64,000 nucleotides of DNA from Dudresnaya verticillata (lineage: Eukaryota). Position numbers and translations under genes: made by a program. Of this stretch, positions 23,648 to 33,240 are shown piece by piece. Under the pieces are notes generated by a model that was not told the DNA's origin, ran no database searches, and saw only the letters and a list, made by a program, of their open reading frames with translations. The stretch's first letter is position 1, and each line of letters opens with the position of its first letter. Where the stretch lies: the NCBI GenBank assembly GCA_977862235.1, contig OZ374566.1, positions 682,001-746,000 of the forward strand, written 5' to 3'.

Positions 23648-25030
23648 TTACAAAAAGGTCCTCCGTGAACCGGTGAAGAACTCTGCAACAGCTAAGAGCG
23701 GTTTCCAAGAATCTTCTTGTTGGATACGCATAAAGCTGAGGGGCACTGTTAGGAGTTTTTGCGGCTTCGATACATAGGCTCTTCGGTTGAAGTTGTCATA
23801 GCCGTTTTCCTCAAGCACGTCGAGAATTTGAGAATACATGTCCAAGGAGGCTTGCACTGGTAGTCGCGAGTCCTCAGAGAGGAGAGCGACACCTTTCTGA
23901 GCCTGACGAAAGTAGCGCCTCGCCCTTGCGATCTCAAACTTCATCAAATTCTTGTAGCGATTATCCAAGACGCAGTTGAACAAGTCCTCCTCGGTGTAAT
24001 TGAAGCGTCGTAAGTCTTCCAATGGCAAGTATATCCGTCCTCTCAAGCGGTCCTCGCCTACGTCACGAAGGATGTTAGTGAGTTGCAAAGCAATTCCTAG
24101 TGCAAGGGCGGCCTTTGTGGCGCCACGAATTCCTTCGCTTCCGGGCTCTGCGGTGCCCATAATAGGGAGGGTCATTAACCCAACTGTGCCCGCAACGCGA
24201 TAGCAGTACAAGTAGAGATCGTCGAAGGTTTCAAAGCGCGACTGTTCAACATCCATAACCATACCCTTGATCATGTCTCGGAACGGCGAAATGTTCATGT
24301 CCGGAAAGTTGCTGATCGTATCCGACATGGCCAAGTCAAGAGCATCACGCCCGGATCCTGAGAAAATATCATCAAGACGCGACTCCCAGTCAGCAAGAAT
24401 CGACATGAGTTCATTCGAACGTTGCGTAACTCGAGGCCCATCAACGAGATCATCAGTACGACGACACCATGTGTACACTGCCCATACAGCACGACGCTTC
24501 TCTGGCGAGAGCAGGGTGGTGCCCATGTAGAAGGTCTTGGAAAAGATGGCAGTTATCCTCCGACACTCGTCATAGCTCTTGGCGAGCATCTGCGCACGTT
24601 TCCGTAGGAAGAGCATGCGGCGTCCAAGCAAGCTAATGCCTTGTGCACCCGTAGTGGTATCCCATGGCATTACGGCGGGGGATGCAGCGGAAGCGGTGCC
24701 CACGACTGGAACATCGTCGCTGTTGGCAGCTGCGAGCGGGTTGTCATCGAAAGGGGCAGCTAGCGGAACCGTGTCGCTGAGAGGTGCGCGTTCGGCGGCG
24801 TCCCAAAGCTTGTCAATGCCCAGACGGTCATGAATGGCGTCCAAGTTGTCATTCGGGGTAGCTGCGGCCGAGCGGCGCTCGCGCGGGGTGAATGAGCGCT
24901 CCATGACCATGGTCGGCGCGGGGTGCGGCCGAGCGTGACATGTCCGCGACGAGCGCTCCGGCAAGGCATGGCGGACCGAACGAGGCGGCAGCGGCGAGCT
25001 GGTGAACGCGGGTGCGGTGGGGGTCGGCAT
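23648..25030 (-). CDS. PSY: Phytoene synthase, plastid
   Basis: SKTFYMGT, WAVYTWCRRTDDLVDGP, YCYRVAGTVGLM, QLTNILRDVGED..RGRIYLP and NGYDNF.RRAYV. Transit peptide from ATG 25030 (MPTPTAPAF). Confidence 0.97.
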   Translation of the reverse strand: MPTPTAPAFTSSPLPPRSVRHALPERSSRTCHARPHPAPTMVMERSFTPRERRSAAATPNDNLDAIHDRLGIDKLWDAAERAPLSDTVPLAAPFDDNPLAAANSDDVPVVGTASAASPAVMPWDTTTGAQGISLLGRRMLFLRKRAQMLAKSYDECRRITAIFSKTFYMGTTLLSPEKRRAVWAVYTWCRRTDDLVDGPRVTQRSNELMSILADWESRLDDIFSGSGRDALDLAMSDTISNFPDMNISPFRDMIKGMVMDVEQSRFETFDDLYLYCYRVAGTVGLMTLPIMGTAEPGSEGIRGATKAALALGIALQLTNILRDVGEDRLRGRIYLPLEDLRRFNYTEEDLFNCVLDNRYKNLMKFEIARARRYFRQAQKGVALLSEDSRLPVQASLDMYSQILDVLEENGYDNFNRRAYVSKPQKLLTVPLSFMRIQQEDSWKPLLAVAEFFTGSRRTFL

Positions 25031-25997
25031 GGTGGATGGTGCGGCGGAGGGTGTCTTTGGAGGGATTTCTGCTGAGTCGCGAGTCGCGTCCGGTGAGTTA
25101 AGTAGAACAGGCAGCTTAACGCGGGTTGGGCGGGCTTGCCGCAATTTTCGTGTGCGGGTGTGCGGGCGAGAGGGGTTAAAGCGAGTGAGGGACTTTTGTG
25201 CGGCGGTGTAAAAAAGCCACGTTGTGGAGCGTCGCTGTTCGCCAAAGATCATACCACGGCGCGCGACCTCGCGGCGCGGAGGACGCTGCGAGGTCACCGC
25301 GCGAGATGAATCGGCATGCGGCCGTCGCACGGGCGGGCGCTCAGTGGCCCTCGCTGATCACGCAGCGGCACGGATGAAGGGGCGGCGGTTGGCGTGCGGT
25401 CGCGCGCAGCCATTGGCTTGCGCGGCGGCGGTTGCGCATCCCACCAGCGCCGTCAGGCGCGCGCACCGCCACACCTGGTGCGATTCCGCTCATTCCGCCC
25501 CCTTCGCGGCGCGCCGCTTCGCGCGGTCTTCGCGGCTGTCTGGTGCGGCTAATGCTGTAAGGTCGCGTCGGCTTCTCACTGGCCTTGACCTCCTGCTCGC
25601 GTCGCGCAGCTCCTGCCTGCGTCGCGGAGAGACTTCAACGTTCGAAGCGCTCGGCTGCGCCGCTCGTTGCATTGGTCGTGGCTGCCGCGGGGCACAGAGA
25701 TACACGGGCTTCGCTTACCGTTTCTGCCCGCCTGCGCTCACTTCCGCCCGTCTATGACGTTAATACTGCCATTCGCCATTCGCATCAGCAGCTTCTAAAG
25801 CAGACAAGACCAGTACTACAGTCCTCACCATCGCGCCGCTCCATCACATCGCCGATCAGAACACTACCTATCAGACCGACCGACCTCGTCACCACGCGCC
25901 CCGGCACCAGATCCTGTCCGTGTCTGCACCCTGGCGCGCCGCGCGCAGCACACAGCGTGCAGCGTCCAACCCGGTGTCCATTCGCAGACGATACGCC

Positions 25998-26390
25998 ATG
26001 GCGTTTATCGCGACAACCCCGCGCCTTCCGACGCGCCGCCCGCGCGCACGGTACAACCGGTGCGCGCCGCGCGCCATGGAGCAGTCGACGCTCGTGGCCG
26101 TGGCCACCGTGATGGCGGGCTTGGGCGGCGGCATCGGGCTGGTCGCGTGGACGGAGCAGCAGGGCAAGCGCACTGAGGAGCGCCAGAACTTGCAGGTGTG
26201 CGTCGAGTGTCTCGGCGAGACCACCACGCCGTGCAATGTGTGCACAGCCACCGGGAAGGACCCGCTCGACGCTGCTAAGATCTGCTCGTACTGCGAGGGA
26301 CGCGGGAAGATCAAGTGCTTCAATTGCGGGGGCTCTGGCGTCCAACCGCGCTTCCTGGACCGGCTCTCGCCGGAAGACTTCATGGACTAG
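25998..26390 (+). CDS. LQY1: LQY1-like thylakoid DnaJ-type zinc-finger protein
   Basis: Transit peptide (MAF...), one TM segment, four CxxCxxxG-type motifs, and C-terminus GSGVQPRFLDR matching the LQY1 'GSGVQPRYLDRR' tail. Confidence 0.8.
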   Translation: MAFIATTPRLPTRRPRARYNRCAPRAMEQSTLVAVATVMAGLGGGIGLVAWTEQQGKRTEERQNLQVCVECLGETTTPCNVCTATGKDPLDAAKICSYCEGRGKIKCFNCGGSGVQPRFLDRLSPEDFMD

Positions 26391-27032
26391 CAGCATTGCG
26401 GTCCTTTTGTCATTTTCATGCTTCGAATGAAAATGAACAATGATATGGTTGGGATTTATGAGCAAAGAGGAATTGCATTTGTAGTGCGCGGTTTTGCGTC
26501 GTGGCTAGTGCCGCTGCAAGGTGTACTGGGAATTCTTGCACGGAGGGATTCATGAAGGTTTGCTTTTCGTAGGGGGAGCGGGGTTTGAAGTTTGTTCCGA
26601 TATTGCTTCGCCTGGCTTTGTATTGCCCTGTATGGCGAGCGAATGGATACCGTGTAAATAGGAAGGCTGTTGCTTGGGTTCGCTGCCTGTAAAGCTCTAT
26701 ATGTGTAGGGTAGGCGCCAATCACGCGCTGTACAATTCTGTCGCTTTCGTCATCGTCGAGCTCAGCCATAAAAAGGCACTAATGTTCGGCGTGCACAATA
26801 AGCGCAGATGCCAACCGAAACACCCTGTTTGTCGCAACACGGTGCGCATTCACCCTTAAAGGTGGCAATACCTGCCCATCATACAATCAAAAGCACGAAC
26901 TGTTTACTAATAAATACAATCGAGCGAGAGGCTAGCGCTGCCGATCCGGCGTCTGGGCAATACGTTGGACACAAACGAAATACTACACGATCCAACCTGC
27001 CATCATGGTCTCCTAGTCCTGCCCAACAGGCC

Positions 27033-27779
27033 TCAAACAGCGGTCCCACCAGCTTGCTTTCCAGCTTCAATTGCCTGATATCGAGTCAACCAGGCGGGGT
27101 CCTGCGACTCTCTCCTCCGCTGTTCCTGGTCCCACGCCCTGCCGGTGGTGACGTTGAGCGACGCTGCAAAGAGCACCTCCGAAATGAGCATGCAATAGTA
27201 GAAAAACGCCGTCGCCCCGATAGAAGTCCACATGCTCTTAACCGAAATTTGGTTTTCGCCATGCAGCGCGAGCGGCTGAAACAAGCTTGTCAGCCCGGAC
27301 ACTGTGAGCACAAGATACGCAAAAGTAACAAACTGGCTCATGCGCGGACCAGCGCCTGAGCGGCTGGTGCCATTGAGCAGCATCTCCTCGCGGATGACAG
27401 CAACAGAGCCGAGTGTGGGTGCGTAGAGGAGGCACGCGAGAAGCACCCACGGGTTGAGGACGCCGGTGTAGTAGTAAGCGAGTAGTTGCAAGATGACCCC
27501 TGCAATGACGCCCGTAAGCAGCATGACGGTAGAGAGAGCGCGCAGGAAGAAAGCGCCGAGAGAGTGGCAAAAGCCGTAGAAGAAGGAATGCACGCGCAGT
27601 AGGAAGCGGTCAAACATCGACGGCGCCCCGTCCGCCTCCATCTCCTCCGCCAGGTCCGACGGCGTTAGCTCCGGCTCCGGCTCCACCGCGGGGTCTTCCA
27701 GCGGGTCCGACTTGGCCTCTTCATTATGTTCCTCCCCTGTAAGAGGGACCTTCTCCATTGCCGCGGCGGCTTGCTCCAT
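27033..27779 (-). CDS. Hypothetical multi-pass membrane protein
   Basis: Acidic N-terminus followed by about 4-5 hydrophobic helices. No family recognised. Confidence 0.7.
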   Translation of the reverse strand: MEQAAAAMEKVPLTGEEHNEEAKSDPLEDPAVEPEPELTPSDLAEEMEADGAPSMFDRFLLRVHSFFYGFCHSLGAFFLRALSTVMLLTGVIAGVILQLLAYYYTGVLNPWVLLACLLYAPTLGSVAVIREEMLLNGTSRSGAGPRMSQFVTFAYLVLTVSGLTSLFQPLALHGENQISVKSMWTSIGATAFFYYCMLISEVLFAASLNVTTGRAWDQEQRRRESQDPAWLTRYQAIEAGKQAGGTAV

Positions 27780-28217
27780 GCTGACGATGCTTGGTCGACC
27801 GAGTCGCTTGGTGCGATGTGCACAGAGTTGGAAAGAGAGCCTAGTTTGGCGGCAACGGCGTTGCTTTTGCCTGCAACAAGGAATTCAGGCTGATGCAAAA
27901 ATACCGGAAATTCAGCAGGTGAGTGTCGTGAGATGCGCCATTGACAAGAATCTCGGACCGGAAGAATCGCTGTTACACGCTTTTTCTTGAGCAATACAAT
28001 GGCGGGCGGCCTTTTTGTCTCGAGGCTCCCACGTCGCATCCAGCGCTCATCTTCAAAGCCTTGATGATGCCCCCTGCTTGTCCTACGGTTTCGCAAGTGT
28101 TCAAGAGGAACTTTAGAACGGGTCTTTGACTCATCCTTGCCTTTAAAGAGGAAGACCGTCAACACAACCTGCAGGATCCTTAGCTGCAACTCCGCGTCTG
28201 TAACTTGGCCTGACAAC

Positions 28218-28883
28218 ATGAGGGACATAGTCACAGAAGTATCCGAACTGCTATTAATGGCTGTTGCACTAATAGCTCTACTGCGCCTAGCTCAATTCCT
28301 GTCTTCGAATGGTGCCTTCACAGAAATGCCAGTCACTCGACAACAGATCGGCCCAGTTCTAGTTGGTTGCACCGAGCATGCATCTGTGAGGCCGGGGTTA
28401 CATGATGCCATGACGCATCTGTCCACCGCTGCAAGGGGTCGGGGCGTGGAGGAGGAGCGCAGCGTAATGGGCGACGACGCCCTGAGCGTAGGGCGCGGCG
28501 AGCTCGTGGGCGTTTATCACGCCGTCCCACACCCGCTCACTCCTGCCCCTGCAGAGCTTGGCGTTGTGCTCGACGTCGGTGAGAACCGGGTTACGGAGGA
28601 AGCACGCGTGGCATGGGAAAAGCGGTTAAGGAGTGCTGGCGTTGAGAACGCCAGGGCTAAGATTATCGCAATGCAGAGCACATTTTGTGTTACAGCGGTA
28701 CGTGGGGGGCGTGTTGCCGAGGTTGTTACACGGTTTAGGGCCTATCGAAAGCTCTTGAGGAAGTGGAGGAAGGACGGGGGACGTGGCCAGATGAATGTTG
28801 TAATCGAAATGGTATCGCAAAACAGGGATCGCGTGCTTTTGGCTGTGCCGATTGACTGCACGAAGGCGGTGTACAGATCTTGA
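28218..28883 (+). CDS. Hypothetical protein, N-terminal TM anchor plus GyrI-like (TEX264-like) domain
   Basis: N-terminal hydrophobic anchor, then 'LVGVYHAVP...ELGVVL' and 'RAYRKL...VIEM...VLLAVP', which echo the TEX264 GyrI-like pattern. Tentative. Confidence 0.5.
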   Translation: MRDIVTEVSELLLMAVALIALLRLAQFLSSNGAFTEMPVTRQQIGPVLVGCTEHASVRPGLHDAMTHLSTAARGRGVEEERSVMGDDALSVGRGELVGVYHAVPHPLTPAPAELGVVLDVGENRVTEEARVAWEKRLRSAGVENARAKIIAMQSTFCVTAVRGGRVAEVVTRFRAYRKLLRKWRKDGGRGQMNVVIEMVSQNRDRVLLAVPIDCTKAVYRS

Positions 28884-29002
28884 AGCGTCCTGGCCGACTC
28901 TTGCGGTACCAGAGTTGAATTATCGCTAACTTTCCAGGGGATACAACATTATCTAGCATGCTGCACTGATGCTAACTCATGTAGGAGATGCTTTATAGGT
29001 GC

Positions 29003-30070
29003 TCAGGTACGACTAACTTGCTCCCATTTCAACGCGATGAATTCTCCGAAAGAGATGTCAGCAAATCCATCAGTCTTGTTGGCAGACGCACTGCTTTGCA
29101 TGCTTTGGTCCTTCAAGAGACTAAGACCGGCCGTCTTCCGGACTCCCTCCTCAGAAAGCTGTGGCACAGGGGTGTTGAAGTCAGGGTATTGGAAGAACAC
29201 GAAGCTGAACCGCTCCCTTTCTGTGAGGACAACACGGTGTAAAGGGCTGCGCAAACGTCCATTTGTTAGCATACTGAGGAAGTCGGAGCAATTCACGAGT
29301 AGTGTGTCAGGTAACGCTGGTACATTCAACCATTCGTCATTGTGAAAAACTTGCAATGCGCTTCCACTGCCGACTTCCTGAGCAATAAGCGTTGCAAAGC
29401 CCCAGTCCGTGTGCTCGCATGACCCTGTCATATCTGTACGGGGCTCTTTGGTACCATGGTAATGGAAAGCGCGCAACAGCGAAATGGGCTTTCCGTTCAT
29501 GCACAGGGTTTTCAAGTCCGGTAGACGCTTATATTCTGACGGCCATATCTCAGAAACGGCTTCAACCAACTTCATCATCACCTCGCACATGAAGTCGAAG
29601 AGCAAGTCAAAGCGCAACTTCATGCCAATATCAGCGCCTTTGTTTTCGTCACGTGAATTTGGCCACACGTTTCGTGCTTCGAGTGGGGTTCGCGGTGAGG
29701 TTTCTGAACTATCCCAGTCAAAAGACCATGAAAAGGCTTCCTTTAGCTCAAAGTGTTTGGCCCCAGACTCTGTCCCCGTTCCCAGATACCCTCTGGTTAC
29801 ACCTTTTGGGAGACCATCTGCTGCCGCCGACTCCTTCTCCTTCACTGGGCGCCCAAAGAATTTTTTTGCCTCGGCGAATGCAGGGCTAACGCTTGTTCGG
29901 AGAAAAGCTGCTGCAGGCCCTTCGAAGCTGAGGTATGCCATTCCCACTTCTTCAAAGGCAGAGAGCAGCGCCTTGGCACTCTTCTCTCTGCTGTTTTCGT
30001 GGCCATCTTCAGGACATATGGGAGAAAATATGCTGCACACGTTGAGGACTGGGATACTCATGTGCTCCAT
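29003..30070 (-). CDS. 2-oxoglutarate/Fe(II)-dependent oxygenase (IPNS/DIOX family)
   Basis: DIOX_N 'AFEEVGMAYL...AKKFF.RP..EK...RGY', HTD...H triad (EHTDWG, SPLHRV) and RFS (RxS). Confidence 0.92.
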   Translation of the reverse strand: MEHMSIPVLNVCSIFSPICPEDGHENSREKSAKALLSAFEEVGMAYLSFEGPAAAFLRTSVSPAFAEAKKFFGRPVKEKESAAADGLPKGVTRGYLGTGTESGAKHFELKEAFSWSFDWDSSETSPRTPLEARNVWPNSRDENKGADIGMKLRFDLLFDFMCEVMMKLVEAVSEIWPSEYKRLPDLKTLCMNGKPISLLRAFHYHGTKEPRTDMTGSCEHTDWGFATLIAQEVGSGSALQVFHNDEWLNVPALPDTLLVNCSDFLSMLTNGRLRSPLHRVVLTERERFSFVFFQYPDFNTPVPQLSEEGVRKTAGLSLLKDQSMQSSASANKTDGFADISFGEFIALKWEQVSRT

Positions 30071-30484
30071 TGCAAGCAAGCCTCTACATTGTTTTGGAAC
30101 GACAGGCCAAGGTGTGCCTCAGAGCCAACCGATGTGGCTCTCGCAAATGTTGATGTTGCGTGAGAGTCCGCAGACAGCACTAGAGAGCTGGAAAAAAAAA
30201 CGGTAAAAAACATCTTCGCTTGTTTACCCTGGACCCTTGGTGATGAGATGCAGCAACTGCTGTTCTGAGTAACACTGAGTTGTGGCTTTCTGTTTCTGTA
30301 TCTTTCTCGCACACGCTCCAGACGCAACTGTTTATGTTTTTCAAGAGGCGCTTCTATCTTTTTGCAACCCGTTAAAACTATAAGTGGGAAGAGCTCCACA
30401 GGATTGATGCAACTACTGGGCAAAATTGGCACCGAAGCGTTTGTTGCTGTCAATTTACTATTCTATGCTGTTCCCGACTCCTTG

Positions 30485-32389
30485 CTAGGTCGAAAGGGCC
30501 TTGATACGGGCTTCCACCTTTGTCAGCTCCTCTTCAAGCGAGATCGCAGATGCAAGCTTGTTCAACTGCTCTTGGTTAAGATCTTTCCCTTCCGATTTTG
30601 CGGACTTTAAGTCTTCGATGGCTCTGAGCTTCTTGCGCAGTTTCTTGGCACGCTTCTCACCAACTTCAACGGAGTCAATATCCTCAGGAGCAGACGCTGC
30701 CGATGGCTGCAGGGTACCCTGGGTTTCCTTTTGAGCTTTCACCTGACGTTCTCGCTCCTTCTTTCTCTGTCTCGCTAGCGCAGCCTTTGAGGGTCCCGTC
30801 TCAAAATCAGTAGGGTCCATTCCTGGAACTACCTTTTTCCCTCCAGCTGTCTTGGGCGGAGCGGCGGATGAACCTAAACCACTCGCCAAGAAACCAGCTT
30901 TGTCGACCTTTCCAGCTTCGACGTGGCGATGAAGGGAGATAGACGACCCAGTTCCACGGCTTCCCGGTGGGCGATACACTCCACCCTTCTTCTTATCCTG
31001 ACCAACAGCAGTACCAGCTGGTGCTGGTGCTTCCTGCGGTCCACCTATCATGTCCTGGAGAGTAAACTTCGGATCGGGAAAAACACCGCGAAGAGCGGGC
31101 CGGAACACCGCTTGGTGCAGGAGGGAATCGCCCATTTTGTGTTCGTGAACCAATTTGCCATCGATCCTTACTACACGGAAACAGTTGTCCACACGCAAGC
31201 GCGGGAAAGTCGTAGCGCCTAGGAAGTAACGAGAGCAAGGAGACCAACTGTGCATTGTCGTACAGGAGAGCTGCGCTCTGCCAACAAGTGCAGTCTTGTT
31301 CTTATCCCAAAACTCTACCCCGCCAGCCAAGTTCCCAAAGCCTGCAAGCGCAACAAAGCGGCCATGAGGGGAGAAGGAGATCGTGTTACGTGAACCGGTT
31401 CCGAAATCAAAGATTGGTTCACAGCGCTCATTGAACATGGATGCACGCGCAGGCATGAAGCCGTAAATGATGATAAACTCCATACCCGTCGGGCTCCATG
31501 CTGCATCATACGTTGGACCTTGTTGCGGGAGCTCAACCCTCTGGTCGGTAACCCCTAGATTGTCCATGAAGTAGACTTCGCTCTCTCCGTAGTAGCTCTT
31601 CCCGGTTGTATCCACGTTGGTGCTAATCAAGAACAAAACTGCGGTACCTTTCGAATTCCATTTGAAGGTAACTGAATCGGCGCGGAAGGTGGAGCGCTGT
31701 GCGAGTTGATTACCACCTTCATCTGGATGTGTGAAGGTTGCGATTCTACCAGGTGCACCCTTCGTACCTGCAATGAATGCGGCAATGGTGTACGGCGCAG
31801 AGCCATGGCTCAGTGCGAATTTTGACACACCCGGAATGCCTAGCTTCGCGGATGGTGCCTTCTCGAGTTCGTTGCCGTTGAAGAAATGAATAGTGTTCGT
31901 GACGTTCCGAGCCGCAATAGACTCATCATCACTCCACTGGATGCTCGGCCAATTCCCGATATGAAAGACCTTCTGATGGAACCCAGCTAGGCGCTTCCCA
32001 GACGTAACGTCATAGATGATTAGGTTTGGTACAGACACCCCGTCAACCGGACGAGACCATGTCAGAAGATATGAGCCGCGCGGGGAGAACGTCGCAAAGT
32101 TGATCTTCAGTGGGGTCTCCGAGTCGTTCAATCCGCCGCAGGATACTAGCTCTTTTCCAGTACTGCTGTCACGAATAACTGCAGCGAGCTCTTGACCTTC
32201 AATTGATACGAAGACTTCTCCAGTTGGAGAAAACTCAGCCTCGCGTGCCTCTGGAAGCGATTCCCCTAATCCTTCATCACCAACGGAGTACGGGAACGGG
32301 GTCACATAAGCGCGAGTCTTCTCGCGAACAAGGAGGCCGAGTGGCGGCAACGCGCCAGCGTCGTTCGAGCTTGTTTGTTTGTTCACCAT
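30485..32389 (-). CDS. EIF2A: Eukaryotic translation initiation factor 2A
   Basis: WPSIQWS.DE, VDTTGKSYYGE, YGFMPA, AGFGNL.G, ATT.PRLRVDN, YRPP and the C-terminal KKLRKKLRAIEDLK...NQEQLNKL. Confidence 0.96.
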   Translation of the reverse strand: MVNKQTSSNDAGALPPLGLLVREKTRAYVTPFPYSVGDEGLGESLPEAREAEFSPTGEVFVSIEGQELAAVIRDSSTGKELVSCGGLNDSETPLKINFATFSPRGSYLLTWSRPVDGVSVPNLIIYDVTSGKRLAGFHQKVFHIGNWPSIQWSDDESIAARNVTNTIHFFNGNELEKAPSAKLGIPGVSKFALSHGSAPYTIAAFIAGTKGAPGRIATFTHPDEGGNQLAQRSTFRADSVTFKWNSKGTAVLFLISTNVDTTGKSYYGESEVYFMDNLGVTDQRVELPQQGPTYDAAWSPTGMEFIIIYGFMPARASMFNERCEPIFDFGTGSRNTISFSPHGRFVALAGFGNLAGGVEFWDKNKTALVGRAQLSCTTMHSWSPCSRYFLGATTFPRLRVDNCFRVVRIDGKLVHEHKMGDSLLHQAVFRPALRGVFPDPKFTLQDMIGGPQEAPAPAGTAVGQDKKKGGVYRPPGSRGTGSSISLHRHVEAGKVDKAGFLASGLGSSAAPPKTAGGKKVVPGMDPTDFETGPSKAALARQRKKERERQVKAQKETQGTLQPSAASAPEDIDSVEVGEKRAKKLRKKLRAIEDLKSAKSEGKDLNQEQLNKLASAISLEEELTKVEARIKALST

Positions 32390-33106
32390 ATTGCGCAAGA
32401 TCAAGATTCGAACTGAATTTGAAGGTTGCAGAGTTACCCACAATATTTCTGCGACTTGGGCAAGTCAACGGAGCAACACCTTTTAACCGATCAAGGGGTT
32501 CCTAGCGAGCACGGCTGCATGGCATGAGCAAGATTTCACTTAGTCTTTGCATGTCTGCTTTGTAGAATGGCGGTCGCGACGCCGAACAAAACTGGCACGG
32601 TCCTGTTCTGGGAGGCTGGCTGGTGAGGTGTGGCTACGGCGGCCGGTGATCAAAAGAAGCTATACATGCACCAGCAGGAGCTGGCTGCACTTAGGCCCAG
32701 CAATGAGGGCATGGGAAGCCGGGGCTGTTCGGCTGAAGGCCGAGACCGGCAATTACAAAGATTCCAATTACAAATTACGAGCAGTAGTTGGCCAGCATTC
32801 AAAGATGCTTAAAATCTCCGGGAAATCTTGTCTAATCTAATTATGTTCACAGAAAAGCAATTTGTAATCGATATCGGCCCTTTCGACGGTGGCTTCTCCA
32901 AAGGATCATGATTCCTTGAAATCCATTTTGCTCGACCTGTCGCACAACCCATCAAGCCTTCAAAAAAGGCCACATTAGGCCACATTCGAGGGTTGTGCCC
33001 AGAGCCCCACTTCCACCACTCAGCTCTATTGACTTCCCACCTAAAACACCCTTCGTACGCAGTGCCCCGATTCCTGTCTGCACCACCTGGAGCCAACAGC
33101 TCGCAG

Positions 33107-33202
33107 TCTCGCCCGACTCTCGCCCGACTCTCGCCCGACTCTCGCCCGACTCTCGCCCGACTCTCACCCGATTCTCGCCCGACTCTCGCCCGACTCTCGC
33201 CC
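33107..33202. repeat. 11-bp minisatellite (tctcgcccgac) x~8.7
   Basis: Units start at 33107, 33118, 33129, 33140, 33151, 33162 (variant tctcacccgat), 33173, 33184 and 33195 (partial). Confidence 0.95.
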
Positions 33203-33240
33203 TTCGCTCGCCAATTCGACCGCATGGAAACACTCCCAGA

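Noticed and set aside
33107..33202. CRISPR array
   Set aside because: Contiguous 11-bp units without spacers, no cas genes, and a eukaryotic context.
32995..33240. N-terminal extension of the PAT1 ORF through the minisatellite
   Set aside because: Non-ATG start and repeat-derived peptide. Conserved PAT1 features begin at ATG 33241.
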